Shown here: piece by piece, positions 8,379 through 18,230 of the stretch
Layout of the letters: each line of letters opens with the position of its first letter
Position numbering within the stretch: position 1 is the first letter of the stretch
Assembly (NCBI GenBank): GCA_963805975.1
Contig: CAWDVR010000003.1
Span: 448,001 to 512,000 of the forward strand
Source: an uncultured Acidobacteriota bacterium
Lineage (GTDB): Bacteria > Acidobacteriota > Thermoanaerobaculia > Multivoradales > SZUA-115
Direction: 5' to 3'
DNA: 64,000 nt
The notes under the pieces: generated by a model
Seen by the model: the letters and a program-made list of their open reading frames with translations, nothing else
What the model was told of the DNA's origin: nothing
Databases searched by the model: none
Made by a program: the position numbers and the translations under genes

Positions 8379-11300
8379 TCCGGCTCTGGCGGTTCCCACG
8401 CCTCTCCCACCTCGCGCGTCAGCCATTCCCGGCGGTAGGCCTCGTGCTCCGGCGTCTGCGGGTAGCTCTCGCCGGGGCCGTAGGGGTAACCGCTCATGGC
8501 GCCGAAGGGCAGGGGCTCGAGCTGCAGCGCCTCGTAGGTGTTGCGGTCGGCGTCCTTGTCCCAGCCCAGGCTCTCGAGGAAGACCGAGCGCCGCATGCCG
8601 GGAGCCGGCGCGGGCAGCGCCGAGGCATCGAAGGACAGCTCCAGCGCATCGCCGGGGGCAAGGATCACGGCGAGGTCGTCGGCGCGCTCGAGGAGCGGCC
8701 GCACGTCGCCGAAGCGGGTGTAGCGGCCGGGGAAGGGGAGCCACGGGCTCTTTCGGGTCACGCGGGCGAAGTCATAGCCGTGCGGGCCGTTGGGGGCCTG
8801 CCGCACCAGGGCCGAGAAGCCGCGGTAGGCGAGCTCGGCGCGGGCCGGCGCCAGGCGCGCCACCACGCGGGGGGCCGCGTCGTCGGCCGCCGTGGTCCAG
8901 GCGATGCGGTCCCAGCCGAGCCAGAGCGAGGTGGTGATGCGGAGCCGGCTCGCGCCCGGAGGAAGCGGCGGCGTGTCCACCACCAGGGTCTTGGTCTTCC
9001 CCGCCGGGTGGCCCATCGAGGGCAGCAGAACCTGCCAACCTGCCGCGGTCTCGACCTCGAGCCGCGGCGGCAGGTAGGGCAGGTCCGGCCGCTGCGCCAC
9101 CGCGAGGTTCAGGCTGGCGTCGGCGGGGAAGATCCAGCCGTCGAGGAGCAGGCGGACGGGAGCGGCGGGTGCTTCCCCGAGGTCGAAGGTGAAGCTCCAC
9201 TCCGGGGCCACGCCCTGGTACGGGCTCTCCTCGTAGCCGTCGGCGTAGACCTCGTCGCGCTCCGCCACCGCGGCCGTGGCGTCCTCCCCGCGGCCATCCC
9301 ACGCCGCGGTCACCGGCTCGAGGTCGCGGGCGCCGAGCACCTTCTCCGGCACCGCCATGCCGGGTACGATCCGGAGGCTCGACGCCACCTCGACCTCGGC
9401 CGGCGCGTCCACCACCCAGAGCCGCACCTCGTCGAAGAAGGCCGCCTCCCAAAGCTCTTCCGTGACCACCAGCTCGTAGCGGCCGGCCCGCGCCTCCGCT
9501 CCCGGCACCGCCACCAGCTCGCGCGGGTCGGAGCTGGCGTAGACCCCGGGCGCCACCGGCAGGCCGAGCGGCGCGCCCCACAGGAGGTCGGTCACGAACT
9601 CGATCTCTTCGCCGTTCCAGGCGTAGAGGAAAGGGCAGCTTCCCTTGAGGATCTGCTCCTCCACCAGGAGCTGGTTGCCCTTGGGTTGCAGGCGGTTCTG
9701 CGGCACGCCGTTGGTCCACAACACGCGCAGGGCGTCCGCCTGCGCGACGCTGCCCAGGCCGAAGTGGGTGACCTCGCCGGCCGCTTCCCGGAACTGGTAG
9801 GCGCGGCCGGCGCGCACCTCGACCACCGAGCCCAGCCCGAAGAGGTTGTTCTTGCTGTTGCCGGTCGCGAGCCCCCGGAGCCGCACCGCGAGCCAGCGGT
9901 TCCGGTTGCCGCCGTCGTTGGTCAGCCGGTGGAGGCCGTGGGGGCCGGCGGCCAGGAGATCGAGGTCTCCGTCGCCGTCGAGGTCCGCGTCGGCGAGCGC
10001 CGTGGCCGCGCCCGGAGCGCCGGGTACCGCGAGCCGCGTGAAACCTCCCTCCTCCTGCTGCATCAGGAGCCAGAGTCCGCCCGGACCGCCGGCCGCCAGG
10101 TCGAGGCGGCCGTCGTTGTCGAGGTCGGCGGCCAGCACTGCGGAGAGCCTGGTGCCCGCCGGCACCGGCGGCGGGGCCTTCCAGCTCGCGAAGCGGCCGC
10201 CGAGGTTGTGGAGCAGGACAAGCCCGTTGCCGGCCACCGCGAGGTCGGGCAGGCCGTCGTTGTCGAGGTCGGCGCTCACCAAATCGCGGGCGCCGAGACC
10301 GGAGCCTGCGAGCCCTGCCCGGAGGGTGCGGTCGCCGAGCTTCCCCTGGCGCATGTTTTCGAGCCAGGTGACGCCCTTCTCCCCGGCCAGCAGCAGGTCC
10401 AGGTCGCCGTCGCGGTCGAGGTCGCTCGCCAGCATCGCCCGCGCACCCGCCCCGGCGCCGGCCGGCAGCACCAGCTTGCCCACGGCTTCGAGCGGGCCCT
10501 TGAGATTGTTGCGGTAGAGCTCGACGCCGGGGCCCGCGACCGCGAGGTCGAGGTCGCCCTCGATGTCGAAGTCGAAGGCCACGGCGGCATTGCCGCGCGC
10601 GGCGGCGAGACCGAGGTCCGGCGCCGCGCTGAAGCCGCCCTTGCCATCACCCCGCAGGGCGAGAGTGTCCTTCTCGCCGGTCCCGATGAGGTCGAGGAAG
10701 CCGTCGTTGTCCAGGTCGACGGCGAGAAGTGAGGCGAGGCCTGCCGGCGCAGAGGCGGCGACCGCGGCCGGCTGGAAGCCGGCGCTCGCCCGCCGCAGCT
10801 CGAGCCCGGCGCCGGCGGCGCGCACCAGGTCCGGCTTGCCGTCGCCGTCGAAGTCGCCTGTCGCGAGCACGCGGCCCGTGGTCGCCGCCGCGTCCAGCCG
10901 TTCGGCGCGAAACGTCACCGTGCCCGGCTTGCCAAAGGCTGTGACTGCCGGCTCACCCGCAAAGCGCAGCACGGGCTGGCCCTGGATGCCGATCGTGAGC
11001 TCGCGCTGGCCGGCCTGGAACATGGGCGTGACCTTGAGCACGTTCTCTACCCGCAGCGCCGGCACCCGCGCGCCTTCCAGGTCGCCCTTGGCGAGGGCGT
11101 CGAGGGCCTTGGCCAGCGTCTCCGCGGCGACCGGCGGCGCCTGCCAGGAAAGCTCCTTGACCCGCAGCAGGGCCTGCGTGGCGCCCGCCCGGTCTTTCTT
11201 CTCGATCGCCCGGCCGGCCTGCCGCAGCAGCACCACCACGTTCTCCGGCCGCAGCTTGGCGAGCCGCGCCAGCGCGGCGTCCGCGCCCGCCTCGGCCGCC

Positions 11301-11746
11301 GGGGACTTCAGGCTCGAGGCGTGCCGATAGAGCTGGTACTGCGTCTCGACGTCGTCGGGCAGCGCGGTGGCCGCCGCCTGGTACACGCCGAGCGCTTCCT
11401 CCACCCGGCCGCTCCATTTGAGGATCTCGGCGTGGATGGCCACGAGCTCACCGCGGCCCGGCGCGAGCTTCAGCGCCTGCTCGATCGAGGCGAGCGCGGC
11501 GTCGTACTTCTGCTGGCGGAGCAAAGCGATCGCGAGATTCGCATGCCCCAGCGCATCGCCCGGCACCGCCTGGATCACCCGGCGAAAGTTGGCCTCGGCG
11601 TCCACCGGCCGCTCGTTCTCGAGCTGCGCGATGCCCGCCGTGCGCAGCGTGAGCGCCGCCTCCGGGATGGAGGCGGCGAAGGTGGCGGTCGAGCTGCCGA
11701 AGAGAAGGCAGAGGAGGAGAGAAGCCGATCGTAGTGGCCGCATCAC
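8354..11746 (-). CDS. Secreted TPR + FG-GAP repeat + ASPIC/UnbV (CRTAC1-like) protein
   Basis: Signal peptide, N-terminal TPRs, many DxDxDGxxDL repeats, NRWLAVRLRG..N..GLG..V and HFGLG (ASPIC/UnbV), KGSCPFLYAWNG C-terminal domain. Confidence 0.88.
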   Translation of the reverse strand: MMRPLRSASLLLCLLFGSSTATFAASIPEAALTLRTAGIAQLENERPVDAEANFRRVIQAVPGDALGHANLAIALLRQQKYDAALASIEQALKLAPGRGELVAIHAEILKWSGRVEEALGVYQAAATALPDDVETQYQLYRHASSLKSPAAEAGADAALARLAKLRPENVVVLLRQAGRAIEKKDRAGATQALLRVKELSWQAPPVAAETLAKALDALAKGDLEGARVPALRVENVLKVTPMFQAGQRELTIGIQGQPVLRFAGEPAVTAFGKPGTVTFRAERLDAAATTGRVLATGDFDGDGKPDLVRAAGAGLELRRASAGFQPAAVAASAPAGLASLLAVDLDNDGFLDLIGTGEKDTLALRGDGKGGFSAAPDLGLAAARGNAAVAFDFDIEGDLDLAVAGPGVELYRNNLKGPLEAVGKLVLPAGAGAGARAMLASDLDRDGDLDLLLAGEKGVTWLENMRQGKLGDRTLRAGLAGSGLGARDLVSADLDNDGLPDLAVAGNGLVLLHNLGGRFASWKAPPPVPAGTRLSAVLAADLDNDGRLDLAAGGPGGLWLLMQQEEGGFTRLAVPGAPGAATALADADLDGDGDLDLLAAGPHGLHRLTNDGGNRNRWLAVRLRGLATGNSKNNLFGLGSVVEVRAGRAYQFREAAGEVTHFGLGSVAQADALRVLWTNGVPQNRLQPKGNQLLVEEQILKGSCPFLYAWNGEEIEFVTDLLWGAPLGLPVAPGVYASSDPRELVAVPGAEARAGRYELVVTEELWEAAFFDEVRLWVVDAPAEVEVASSLRIVPGMAVPEKVLGARDLEPVTAAWDGRGEDATAAVAERDEVYADGYEESPYQGVAPEWSFTFDLGEAPAAPVRLLLDGWIFPADASLNLAVAQRPDLPYLPPRLEVETAAGWQVLLPSMGHPAGKTKTLVVDTPPLPPGASRLRITTSLWLGWDRIAWTTAADDAAPRVVARLAPARAELAYRGFSALVRQAPNGPHGYDFARVTRKSPWLPFPGRYTRFGDVRPLLERADDLAVILAPGDALELSFDASALPAPAPGMRRSVFLESLGWDKDADRNTYEALQLEPLPFGAMSGYPYGPGESYPQTPEHEAYRREWLTREVGEAWEPPEPDGFPLPRE

Positions 11747-11888
11747 CGCAGGATTCTAGATGCCTTTGGGGCCAGCCCCGCTGCCGGTGCGAGCCGGCCC
11801 CGTCTCGTGCGCCTAGAAGCAGCCGCTGGATTGATCACCTCCCCGGCGTGGAACGAGAAGGCGAGGGGCTGGTGATACCGTCGCTCCG

Positions 11889-12404
11889 ATGAGCGTCGCG
11901 ACCGAGCACCAGCGCTACGCACCCCGGGAGCTGGGGTTTGCCGTGGTGACGGTGTCCGACAGCCGCACGGCGGAGACGGACACCGGCGGCGAGCTGGCGC
12001 GGCGGCTGATCACGGAAGCCGGGCAGCGGGTGGTGCGCTTCGCGATCGTGCGCGACGACATCGGCCAGATCCGCGCCGCGGTGGGCGAGGCGCTGGGCGA
12101 TGGCGAAATCGACGTCGTCGTGACCACCGGCGGCACCGGCGTCTCGCCGCGCGACGTGACGATAGCCGCCCTGGCGCCCCTGCTCACCGCCGAGGTGCCG
12201 GGGTTCGGTGAGCTCTTCCGGATGCTCTCCTACCGCGAGGTGGGTGCCGCCGCCATGCTCAGCCGCGCCACGGCCGGGCTCGCCGGCAGGAAGGCGATCT
12301 TCGCGCTGCCCGGCTCACCCAAGGCCGTGGAGCTGGCGCTCCGCGAGCTGGTGCTGAAAGAGGCCGGCCACCTGCTGGGCCAGGCGCGGCGCGAAGATCG
12401 TTGA
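11889..12404 (+). CDS. moaB: Molybdenum cofactor biosynthesis protein MoaB/Mog
   Basis: VVTVSDSR, TTGGTGVSPRDVT, PGFGELFR, SRATAG, LPGSP. Confidence 0.92.
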   Translation: MSVATEHQRYAPRELGFAVVTVSDSRTAETDTGGELARRLITEAGQRVVRFAIVRDDIGQIRAAVGEALGDGEIDVVVTTGGTGVSPRDVTIAALAPLLTAEVPGFGELFRMLSYREVGAAAMLSRATAGLAGRKAIFALPGSPKAVELALRELVLKEAGHLLGQARREDR

Positions 12405-12414
12405 CCGCTTCCGC

Positions 12415-12663
12415 CTACCGCCTCAGCAGCCGCGAGATCAGCAGCACGACCAGTGCGCCGCCGACGGCGAGACCGAAGCTACGCAGGTCGAAGGTCTGGA
12501 CCGTGCCGTAGCCCAGCCGGGTGCCGATGTAGCCCCCCAGCGCGGCGCCGATGACGCCGAGGACGATGGTGAACAGAATGCCGCCGGGGTCTTTGCCCGG
12601 CAGGATGAGCTTGGCGAGCGCACCGGCGATCAGGCCGAAGATGATCCAGGAAAGGCAACCCAT
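12415..12663 (-). CDS. GlsB/YeaQ/YmgE family transglycosylase-associated membrane protein
   Basis: WIIFGLIAGALAKLILPGKDPGG..TIVLGVIGAALGG. Confidence 0.92.
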   Translation of the reverse strand: MGCLSWIIFGLIAGALAKLILPGKDPGGILFTIVLGVIGAALGGYIGTRLGYGTVQTFDLRSFGLAVGGALVVLLISRLLRR

Positions 12664-12765
12664 CTCGACTCCCTCCTTCTCCCGTCCGTGGGCTGAACAA
12701 CGTGTGAACCGGAACCGCGACTAGTCTACAGAGTCACAGCCCCGCGCGCTCCGGCCCGCTCGCGA

Positions 12766-14949
12766 TCACGGCACGGTCAGGGACCATTCCTCGGTCCCGC
12801 CGGACTCGAAGCCGTCGGCGAAGAGCCCGGTCGGCCCAATGCGCACGATCTTGCCGAGCGACGGCACGCCGTCGGAGCTGACCAGGAAGAGCAGGTAGTG
12901 GCCCGGCGGGCAGAGCCTGGGGTCGGCGGGCGCCGTGACGCTCAGGCCGCCCGGTGCCACTTCGAAGGCGAGCCGGTTGATGCGCTGGTTCATGTTCAGA
13001 GCGTGAGTGACCGAGGAGAGGCGGATCAGCGTCACCGCACTGACCGCGGCTCCGTCCGGGGTCTGGACGAAGAAAGTCCCGCCGTGGGGAACGGCCGCCG
13101 GAGCGGCGGAGAGCACGGGCCGCGGGCCTCGGAACAGGTAGGGCGGCGAGAAGATCTCGGCGGTGAAGTGGTCCGTGTCGTCGCCGCCGCCGTTGGGGTG
13201 GCCGCCACCCGGCACCAGCACGCGGGCGTCCGGTAGGAGCAGTGCCTCCGAGTGATAGAGGCGCGCCTCGTGACCGGCGGCGAGCGTCTGCCAGGTTTCG
13301 GACGCGGGTTCCCAGAGCTCTGCCGGGTAGACGGCACCGTCGCTGTTGTTGAAGCCGGGGGCCCCGGTGCCGCCGGTCGCGAGCACGGTGCCGTCCGGCA
13401 GCAGAGTGAGGTTGTGCTGCCGCCGCCGGTAGGCCATGGGTGCAGTGGTGCGCCACTCGGGCCTCGGCGTGGCGAGGTCGATCACCTCCACGGCAGCGAC
13501 CGGGGGGTCGCCTCCCCCGGCGATCATCACCTTGCCGTCGTCGTAGAGCACCGCCGAGCCGTAGTCACGGAAGCCGAAGGCGCTGTCGTCGACCGCGGTG
13601 TAGGAGCCGGTGCCCGCGGGGTCGAAGTAGCCGGTCTCGGCCTGGGGCCCGGCGGTGAACACCCGGCCATTCGGTGCCAGGAAGAGGTAGGGGTAGAGAG
13701 GAAGCCACTGCACGGCGCCGGTCAGGCTCCGCCAGGTGCCGGTCGCGTGCTGCCAGACCTGCGGCAGGGTGTTGACGCCGAGCTGCGGGGTGATCCTGCC
13801 GGAGGCCACGAGCACGTCACCGTTGGCGAGGAGCACCGCCGTCGGGTACCAGCGGGCGGCATTCATCACCGGCTGCGCCTGCCAGAGGCCGCTCACGGGG
13901 TCGAGGATGCTGGTCAGGTCCTGGCCCACGTTGTCGATCACGTGGCCACCCGTCGCCAGCAGGCGGCCGTCGGCGAGCAGCACGTGGGCGGTGCAGAAGA
14001 GGTCGTGGTCTCCGGGCGGCAGCGGCGCCAGGCTGACGATCCCGGTCTCCGGGTCGTAGTAGCGGGGATCGCCGTCGCCGGCGGCGTCGTGACGGTCCCA
14101 GAAGAGCACCTTGCCGTTGGGCAGGAGGTGGGCGTGGATCGACACCACCGGCCAGGCGAAGGGCGCGCTCCACTGCCCGACCGCGCTCGGCGGGCAGGTG
14201 GTGTAGGTGACCTGGACGTTGTCGAGGTCGTGGTCCGCGGTCTGCCCTCCGCCTCGCGCGCCGACCCAGGCACGCCCCTCGTAGGGGAGGAGGCCGGGCA
14301 CGGGAAGGGCGTTGATCACGGTCACCGCGCCGCCGCCGGCCGGGGTCAGCGTGACGGTGACCGAGGGCGTGGCGCCCGTCGCCAGCAGCACCCGGGCGTG
14401 GACCCACTGGCTCGATGCCAGGTTGACGGCGCCGGCCGGGACCTGCGCCAGCCGCACGCCGTTCCAGTGCACGGAGACGTGGTTGCCGTCGGGGTCGCCG
14501 ACCTCCGCGTTCTGAAAGACGTCGAAGCCGATGCCGAGCGAACGAGCGAAGTTGGGCTCCTCGGCGGCGAAGTGCGGGCCTTCGACGCCGGCCGCGCCCC
14601 GCGTGTGGTGGAGCGCGGTGTCGAGCAGCACGAAGCCCAGGCCGTCGGCACGGCCGGTGCCGGGGGTGATGCGGAAGTCGAGCTCCGCCGTCATGCCGCA
14701 GAACGGGCCGGGGTCCGTACGATCGAAGGCGATGGTGTTGTGGATCGGCGTCACGCCCGCGCCCGGCACGAGTCGGAGGAAGTTGCCGGAGGGCCCGGCG
14801 GTCACCGCGGCGCCCGGCGCATTGGCGAGCTGGAGGAGCTGGTAGCCGGAGCCCGGGCCGTCGAAGTCCTGGGTGGTGGCCGCCTGGGCGGGAAGGCCGA
14901 CGAGGCCGAGCAGGAGCAGCCAACCCGAGGCGTGGTGAAGTCGGGGCAT
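12766..14949 (-). CDS. Secreted galactose/glyoxal oxidase-like copper radical oxidase (AA5-like) with N-terminal legume-lectin domain and DUF1929-like C-terminus
   Basis: ADGLGF lectin motif; HDLFCTAH, RWYPT, RLYHS and VTH (Cys-Tyr and Cu ligand motifs); PPGHYLLF; LFADGFESG tail. Confidence 0.87.
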   Translation of the reverse strand: MPRLHHASGWLLLLGLVGLPAQAATTQDFDGPGSGYQLLQLANAPGAAVTAGPSGNFLRLVPGAGVTPIHNTIAFDRTDPGPFCGMTAELDFRITPGTGRADGLGFVLLDTALHHTRGAAGVEGPHFAAEEPNFARSLGIGFDVFQNAEVGDPDGNHVSVHWNGVRLAQVPAGAVNLASSQWVHARVLLATGATPSVTVTLTPAGGGAVTVINALPVPGLLPYEGRAWVGARGGGQTADHDLDNVQVTYTTCPPSAVGQWSAPFAWPVVSIHAHLLPNGKVLFWDRHDAAGDGDPRYYDPETGIVSLAPLPPGDHDLFCTAHVLLADGRLLATGGHVIDNVGQDLTSILDPVSGLWQAQPVMNAARWYPTAVLLANGDVLVASGRITPQLGVNTLPQVWQHATGTWRSLTGAVQWLPLYPYLFLAPNGRVFTAGPQAETGYFDPAGTGSYTAVDDSAFGFRDYGSAVLYDDGKVMIAGGGDPPVAAVEVIDLATPRPEWRTTAPMAYRRRQHNLTLLPDGTVLATGGTGAPGFNNSDGAVYPAELWEPASETWQTLAAGHEARLYHSEALLLPDARVLVPGGGHPNGGGDDTDHFTAEIFSPPYLFRGPRPVLSAAPAAVPHGGTFFVQTPDGAAVSAVTLIRLSSVTHALNMNQRINRLAFEVAPGGLSVTAPADPRLCPPGHYLLFLVSSDGVPSLGKIVRIGPTGLFADGFESGGTEEWSLTVP

Positions 14950-15119
14950 TGGAGAGTCTCCCGAAGATCGGGTTGAGGCCCCCAGTCTACTCTTCCTGCC
15001 ATTGCATCAACTGCTTCGACGATGACGAACGAGCTCGCCCCGCAAGCGAGTGTCACTGTGAAACTCATCTAGCTTCCATGCGTACATAGGGGTCGGACAC
15101 CCGAAGACCGGAGCCCTCG

Positions 15120-15434
15120 ATGCCCTCGAAACCCCTCGGTACCTCGACCCTCGCCGTGCTGGCCGCCGTGGCCCAGGGCTTTCGCTACGGCTTCGATGTG
15201 ATGGACCGCGCGGCTCTCCAGAGCGGTACGGTCTACCGCGCCCTGGCGCGCCTGGAGGAGCTGGAGCTGGTGCGGTCGGACTGGGAAGAGGCGGCCGCGG
15301 CCCTGGCCGAGAAGCGCCCGCGCCGCCGCTACTACGAGATCACCGCCGCCGGCTCGGCCGAGCTGGTCCGAGCCGAGGCAAGCTTGCGTGCCCTCACCCG
15401 CTGGGTGGCCCTCGAGCCCGCGGAGGGAGGCTAG
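15120..15434 (+). CDS. PadR family transcriptional regulator
   Basis: YGFDVM....LQSGTVYRALARLE, RPRRRYYEITAAG; directly upstream of an ADOP permease. Confidence 0.9.
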   Translation: MPSKPLGTSTLAVLAAVAQGFRYGFDVMDRAALQSGTVYRALARLEELELVRSDWEEAAAALAEKRPRRRYYEITAAGSAELVRAEASLRALTRWVALEPAEGG

Positions 15435-15436
15435 CC

Positions 15437-18109
15437 ATGGCGGCGGAAGAGCGCCCACCCAGCCCGGTGCTGCGCCTCTGCCGGCTGCTGCTCCAGGCCC
15501 TCGGCCTGGTGCTGCCCAGGAGCAGCCGCGCCCCGTGGCGCGAGGGCTGGGAGGGCGAGCTCTGGCACCGCTGGCGGCTCCTGGCCGGCGGCGGCCGCCC
15601 TCCGCTCACCGCCCAGCTCGACCTCCTGGCGCGCTCGACCGGCGCCTTCTCCCACGCCCTCTGGCTCGCGAGCCGTGAATGGAGGACCGAACCCATGCTG
15701 CAGGATCTTCGCTACGCCTGGCGCCAGCTCGTTGCCAAGCCCGGCTTCACCGCCGTCGCCCTGCTCTCTCTCGGTCTCGGGATCGGTGCCAACTCGGTGC
15801 TCTTCAGCGTTGTCGACGGCGTGCTGCTCCACCCCTTCCCCTATCCCGAGGTGGACCGCCTGGTGGCGCTCGGCGTCTCCTACCCCAAGCTGGGCGGCGA
15901 GGAGCGCTTCGTGGAAGCGGTATCCGAGCCGGAGCTGGCGGACGCGGAAAACGGGAGCCGCACCCTGGAGCGCTTCTTCGCCTTCGACCTCGGCAACCGG
16001 GACCTGGGCGGCATCGACGTGCCGGAGCGGCTGTTCACCGCCTTCGTCTGGCACGACCCGTTCCCCACGCTCGGCCTCCCGCCGGCCCTCGGCCGCGGCT
16101 TCACGCGCGAGGAGATCGAGCGCCAGGAGCCGGTGACGATCGTCAGCCACCGGGTGTGGAAGGACCGCCTGGGCGGCGACCCGGCGTGGGTCGGGCGCTC
16201 GATCCTGGTCAACGGCATTCCCCGCACGCTGGTCGGCGTCATGCCGGCCCGGCTCTCGCTGCTCAACACCGAGCTGTGGCTGCCGATGTGGGCGTCGCGC
16301 GGCGAGCTGCCGCGGGAGCAGCGCCAGTTCACGGTGCTGGCGCGGCTGGCGGACGGCGTCTCGCTCGCCGAGGCCAACGCCGAGCTTGAGACGCGCGCCG
16401 CGCAGACCGAGCAGGCGTTCGTCGCCGAGCGCCCGGAGTATGCGGGCTGGCGCCTGGCCGCCACCCCGTTCGTCGGCGTCTGGGGAAAGTTCGTGGGCCC
16501 GGCCGGCTACATCCTGCTGGGCGCGGTGGGGCTGGTGCTGCTCCTCGCCTGCACCAACCTGGCGAGCCTTCTCCTGGCGCGGGCCAGCGCCCGCCAAGGG
16601 GAGCTCGCGGTGCGTGCCGCGCTCGGCGCCGCCCGGCCGCGCCTCGTCCGGCAACTGCTGACCGAGTGCCTGCTGCTCGCCGCCGGCGGCGGCGCGCTGG
16701 GCCTGCTCCTGGCTGTCGCGGGGCTGGACGCGGCGGTCGCCGCGCTGCCGCTCGACCAGTTGCCGGGCCACGTGGAGATCGGCGTCAACGGCCGCGTGTT
16801 GGGCTTCACGCTCGGGGTCTCGCTCCTCTCTGGGCTGCTCTTCGGTGTGGTGCCCGCCTTGATCGGCTCGCGGGTGGACGTCCAGGCGCGGCTCAAGGCC
16901 AATGCCGGGCGCTCGCCGCTGGGCCGCCGCGCGGGCTTCGTCCGCCGCGCGCTGGTGGTGGTCGAGGTGGCCCTCGCCCTGATGCTGATGGTGGGCGCGG
17001 GCCTCCTGATGAAGAGCCTCCTCCGGCTGCGCGCGGTGGATCCGGGAGTCGAGGTGGAGAACGTGCTCACCATGCGCCTCACCCTGCCGCAGGAGCGCTA
17101 CCAGGGCGTGGCGGTGGTGCAGTTCTTCACCGAGCTGGCGGAGCGGGTCGCGGCCGTGCCGGGCGTCGAGTCCGCGGCCGTGGCGAGCCAGCTCCCGCCG
17201 CTCGGAGTCTTCGATACACGGTTCGAGATCGAGGGCGAGGCGCCGGCCACGGCCGAGCTGCTGCCGGTGATGGACCTCACAGTCGCAAGCCCCGAGCTCT
17301 TCCGCACGCTCGGCATTCCACTCCACCGGGGACGCCTCTTCGGCGGCGAGGACGGCATCTCCTCGCCGCCCGTGGTAGTGGTCAACGAGATGATGGCCCG
17401 GCGCTACTTTCCGGGCCGCGAGGCGATGGGGCGGCGCATCCGCCTGGGCGGCGGCAGCGGGCCGTGGGCGACGATCGTCGGCGTGGTGGCGGACACCCGC
17501 AACCACGGCCTCGACCAGGCGACCGAGCCCGAAGCCTTCGTGCCCCTCGCCCAGACGCGCGGCGCCGACAACCAGCTCTTCCTGGTGGTGGCGACCCAGG
17601 GAGACGCGCTCGCCGCCCTGGGCTCGGTCCGCGCCGCGGTGCGCTCGCTCGACCCCCACCAGCCGGTCTACGCGGTGAGCACCGTGGCGCAGCGGTTCGC
17701 CGGCCAGCTCATGGCGCGCCAGGTCGCCGGCATCGCGCTCTCGGTCTTCGCGCTGGTGGCGCTGGGGCTTGCCGCCATGGGCATCTACGGCCTGCTCTCC
17801 CACTCGATCGCCGAGCGCACGCACGAGATCGGCATCCGCATGGCGCTCGGCGCCGGGCGCGAGAACGTGCTCGCGCTGGTGGGGAGGCAGGTGGCGGTGC
17901 TCCTCGCCTGCGGCCTGGGCCTCGGCGCCGCGGGTGCGCTCGCCCTCTCGCGCTCGCTCTCGGCCCTGCTCTTCGAGGTCAAGCCCACCGACCTGCGGAC
18001 CCTCGTCGTGGTCGCCGCCGTGCTCGGGGCCACCGGTCTCCTGGCCGGCTACCTCCCGGCGCGGCGCGCCGCGGCGCTCGATCCCTCGCGGGCGTTGCAG
18101 GAGGGGTGA
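15437..18109 (+). CDS. ADOP family duplicated ABC permease with N-terminal prefix domain
   Basis: MLQDLRYAWRQL, LGLGIGANSVLFSVV, LLLACTNLASLLLARA, RTHEIGIRMALGA. Confidence 0.93.
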   Translation: MAAEERPPSPVLRLCRLLLQALGLVLPRSSRAPWREGWEGELWHRWRLLAGGGRPPLTAQLDLLARSTGAFSHALWLASREWRTEPMLQDLRYAWRQLVAKPGFTAVALLSLGLGIGANSVLFSVVDGVLLHPFPYPEVDRLVALGVSYPKLGGEERFVEAVSEPELADAENGSRTLERFFAFDLGNRDLGGIDVPERLFTAFVWHDPFPTLGLPPALGRGFTREEIERQEPVTIVSHRVWKDRLGGDPAWVGRSILVNGIPRTLVGVMPARLSLLNTELWLPMWASRGELPREQRQFTVLARLADGVSLAEANAELETRAAQTEQAFVAERPEYAGWRLAATPFVGVWGKFVGPAGYILLGAVGLVLLLACTNLASLLLARASARQGELAVRAALGAARPRLVRQLLTECLLLAAGGGALGLLLAVAGLDAAVAALPLDQLPGHVEIGVNGRVLGFTLGVSLLSGLLFGVVPALIGSRVDVQARLKANAGRSPLGRRAGFVRRALVVVEVALALMLMVGAGLLMKSLLRLRAVDPGVEVENVLTMRLTLPQERYQGVAVVQFFTELAERVAAVPGVESAAVASQLPPLGVFDTRFEIEGEAPATAELLPVMDLTVASPELFRTLGIPLHRGRLFGGEDGISSPPVVVVNEMMARRYFPGREAMGRRIRLGGGSGPWATIVGVVADTRNHGLDQATEPEAFVPLAQTRGADNQLFLVVATQGDALAALGSVRAAVRSLDPHQPVYAVSTVAQRFAGQLMARQVAGIALSVFALVALGLAAMGIYGLLSHSIAERTHEIGIRMALGAGRENVLALVGRQVAVLLACGLGLGAAGALALSRSLSALLFEVKPTDLRTLVVVAAVLGATGLLAGYLPARRAAALDPSRALQEG

Positions 18110-18114
18110 AGGCG

Positions 18115-18204
18115 TTACCCGAGCTCGCCCGCCTCGACGAGGAGCGCACGATAGATCCTGGCGCGGGGCGCGTCGATGTGACGGCGGGCGTGGGTTGATG
18201 CCAT
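18115..18204 (-). pseudogene. Truncated SRPBCC/AHSA1 family gene (29 codons)
   Basis: GGAGG RBS, then MASTHARRHIDAPRARIYRALLVEAGELG*, resembling the N-terminal strand and helix of SRPBCC proteins. Confidence 0.5.
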
Positions 18205-18230
18205 GCCTCCTCCCGGGCAACGGTACGGCC

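Noticed and set aside
7535-10732. 1065-aa plus-strand ORF and the many other long overlapping ORFs (e.g. 1854-4517, 15431-18262, 56419-59031)
   Set aside because: Shadow frames of well-supported genes in high-GC DNA; Arg/Gly/Ala-rich with no family motifs.
11760-11888. Possible SRP RNA or Moco riboswitch upstream of moaB (contains GAAGCAGCC)
   Set aside because: Lacks the CAGG..GGAA..AGCAG helix-8 context, and I cannot fold a Moco motif; needs an Rfam scan.
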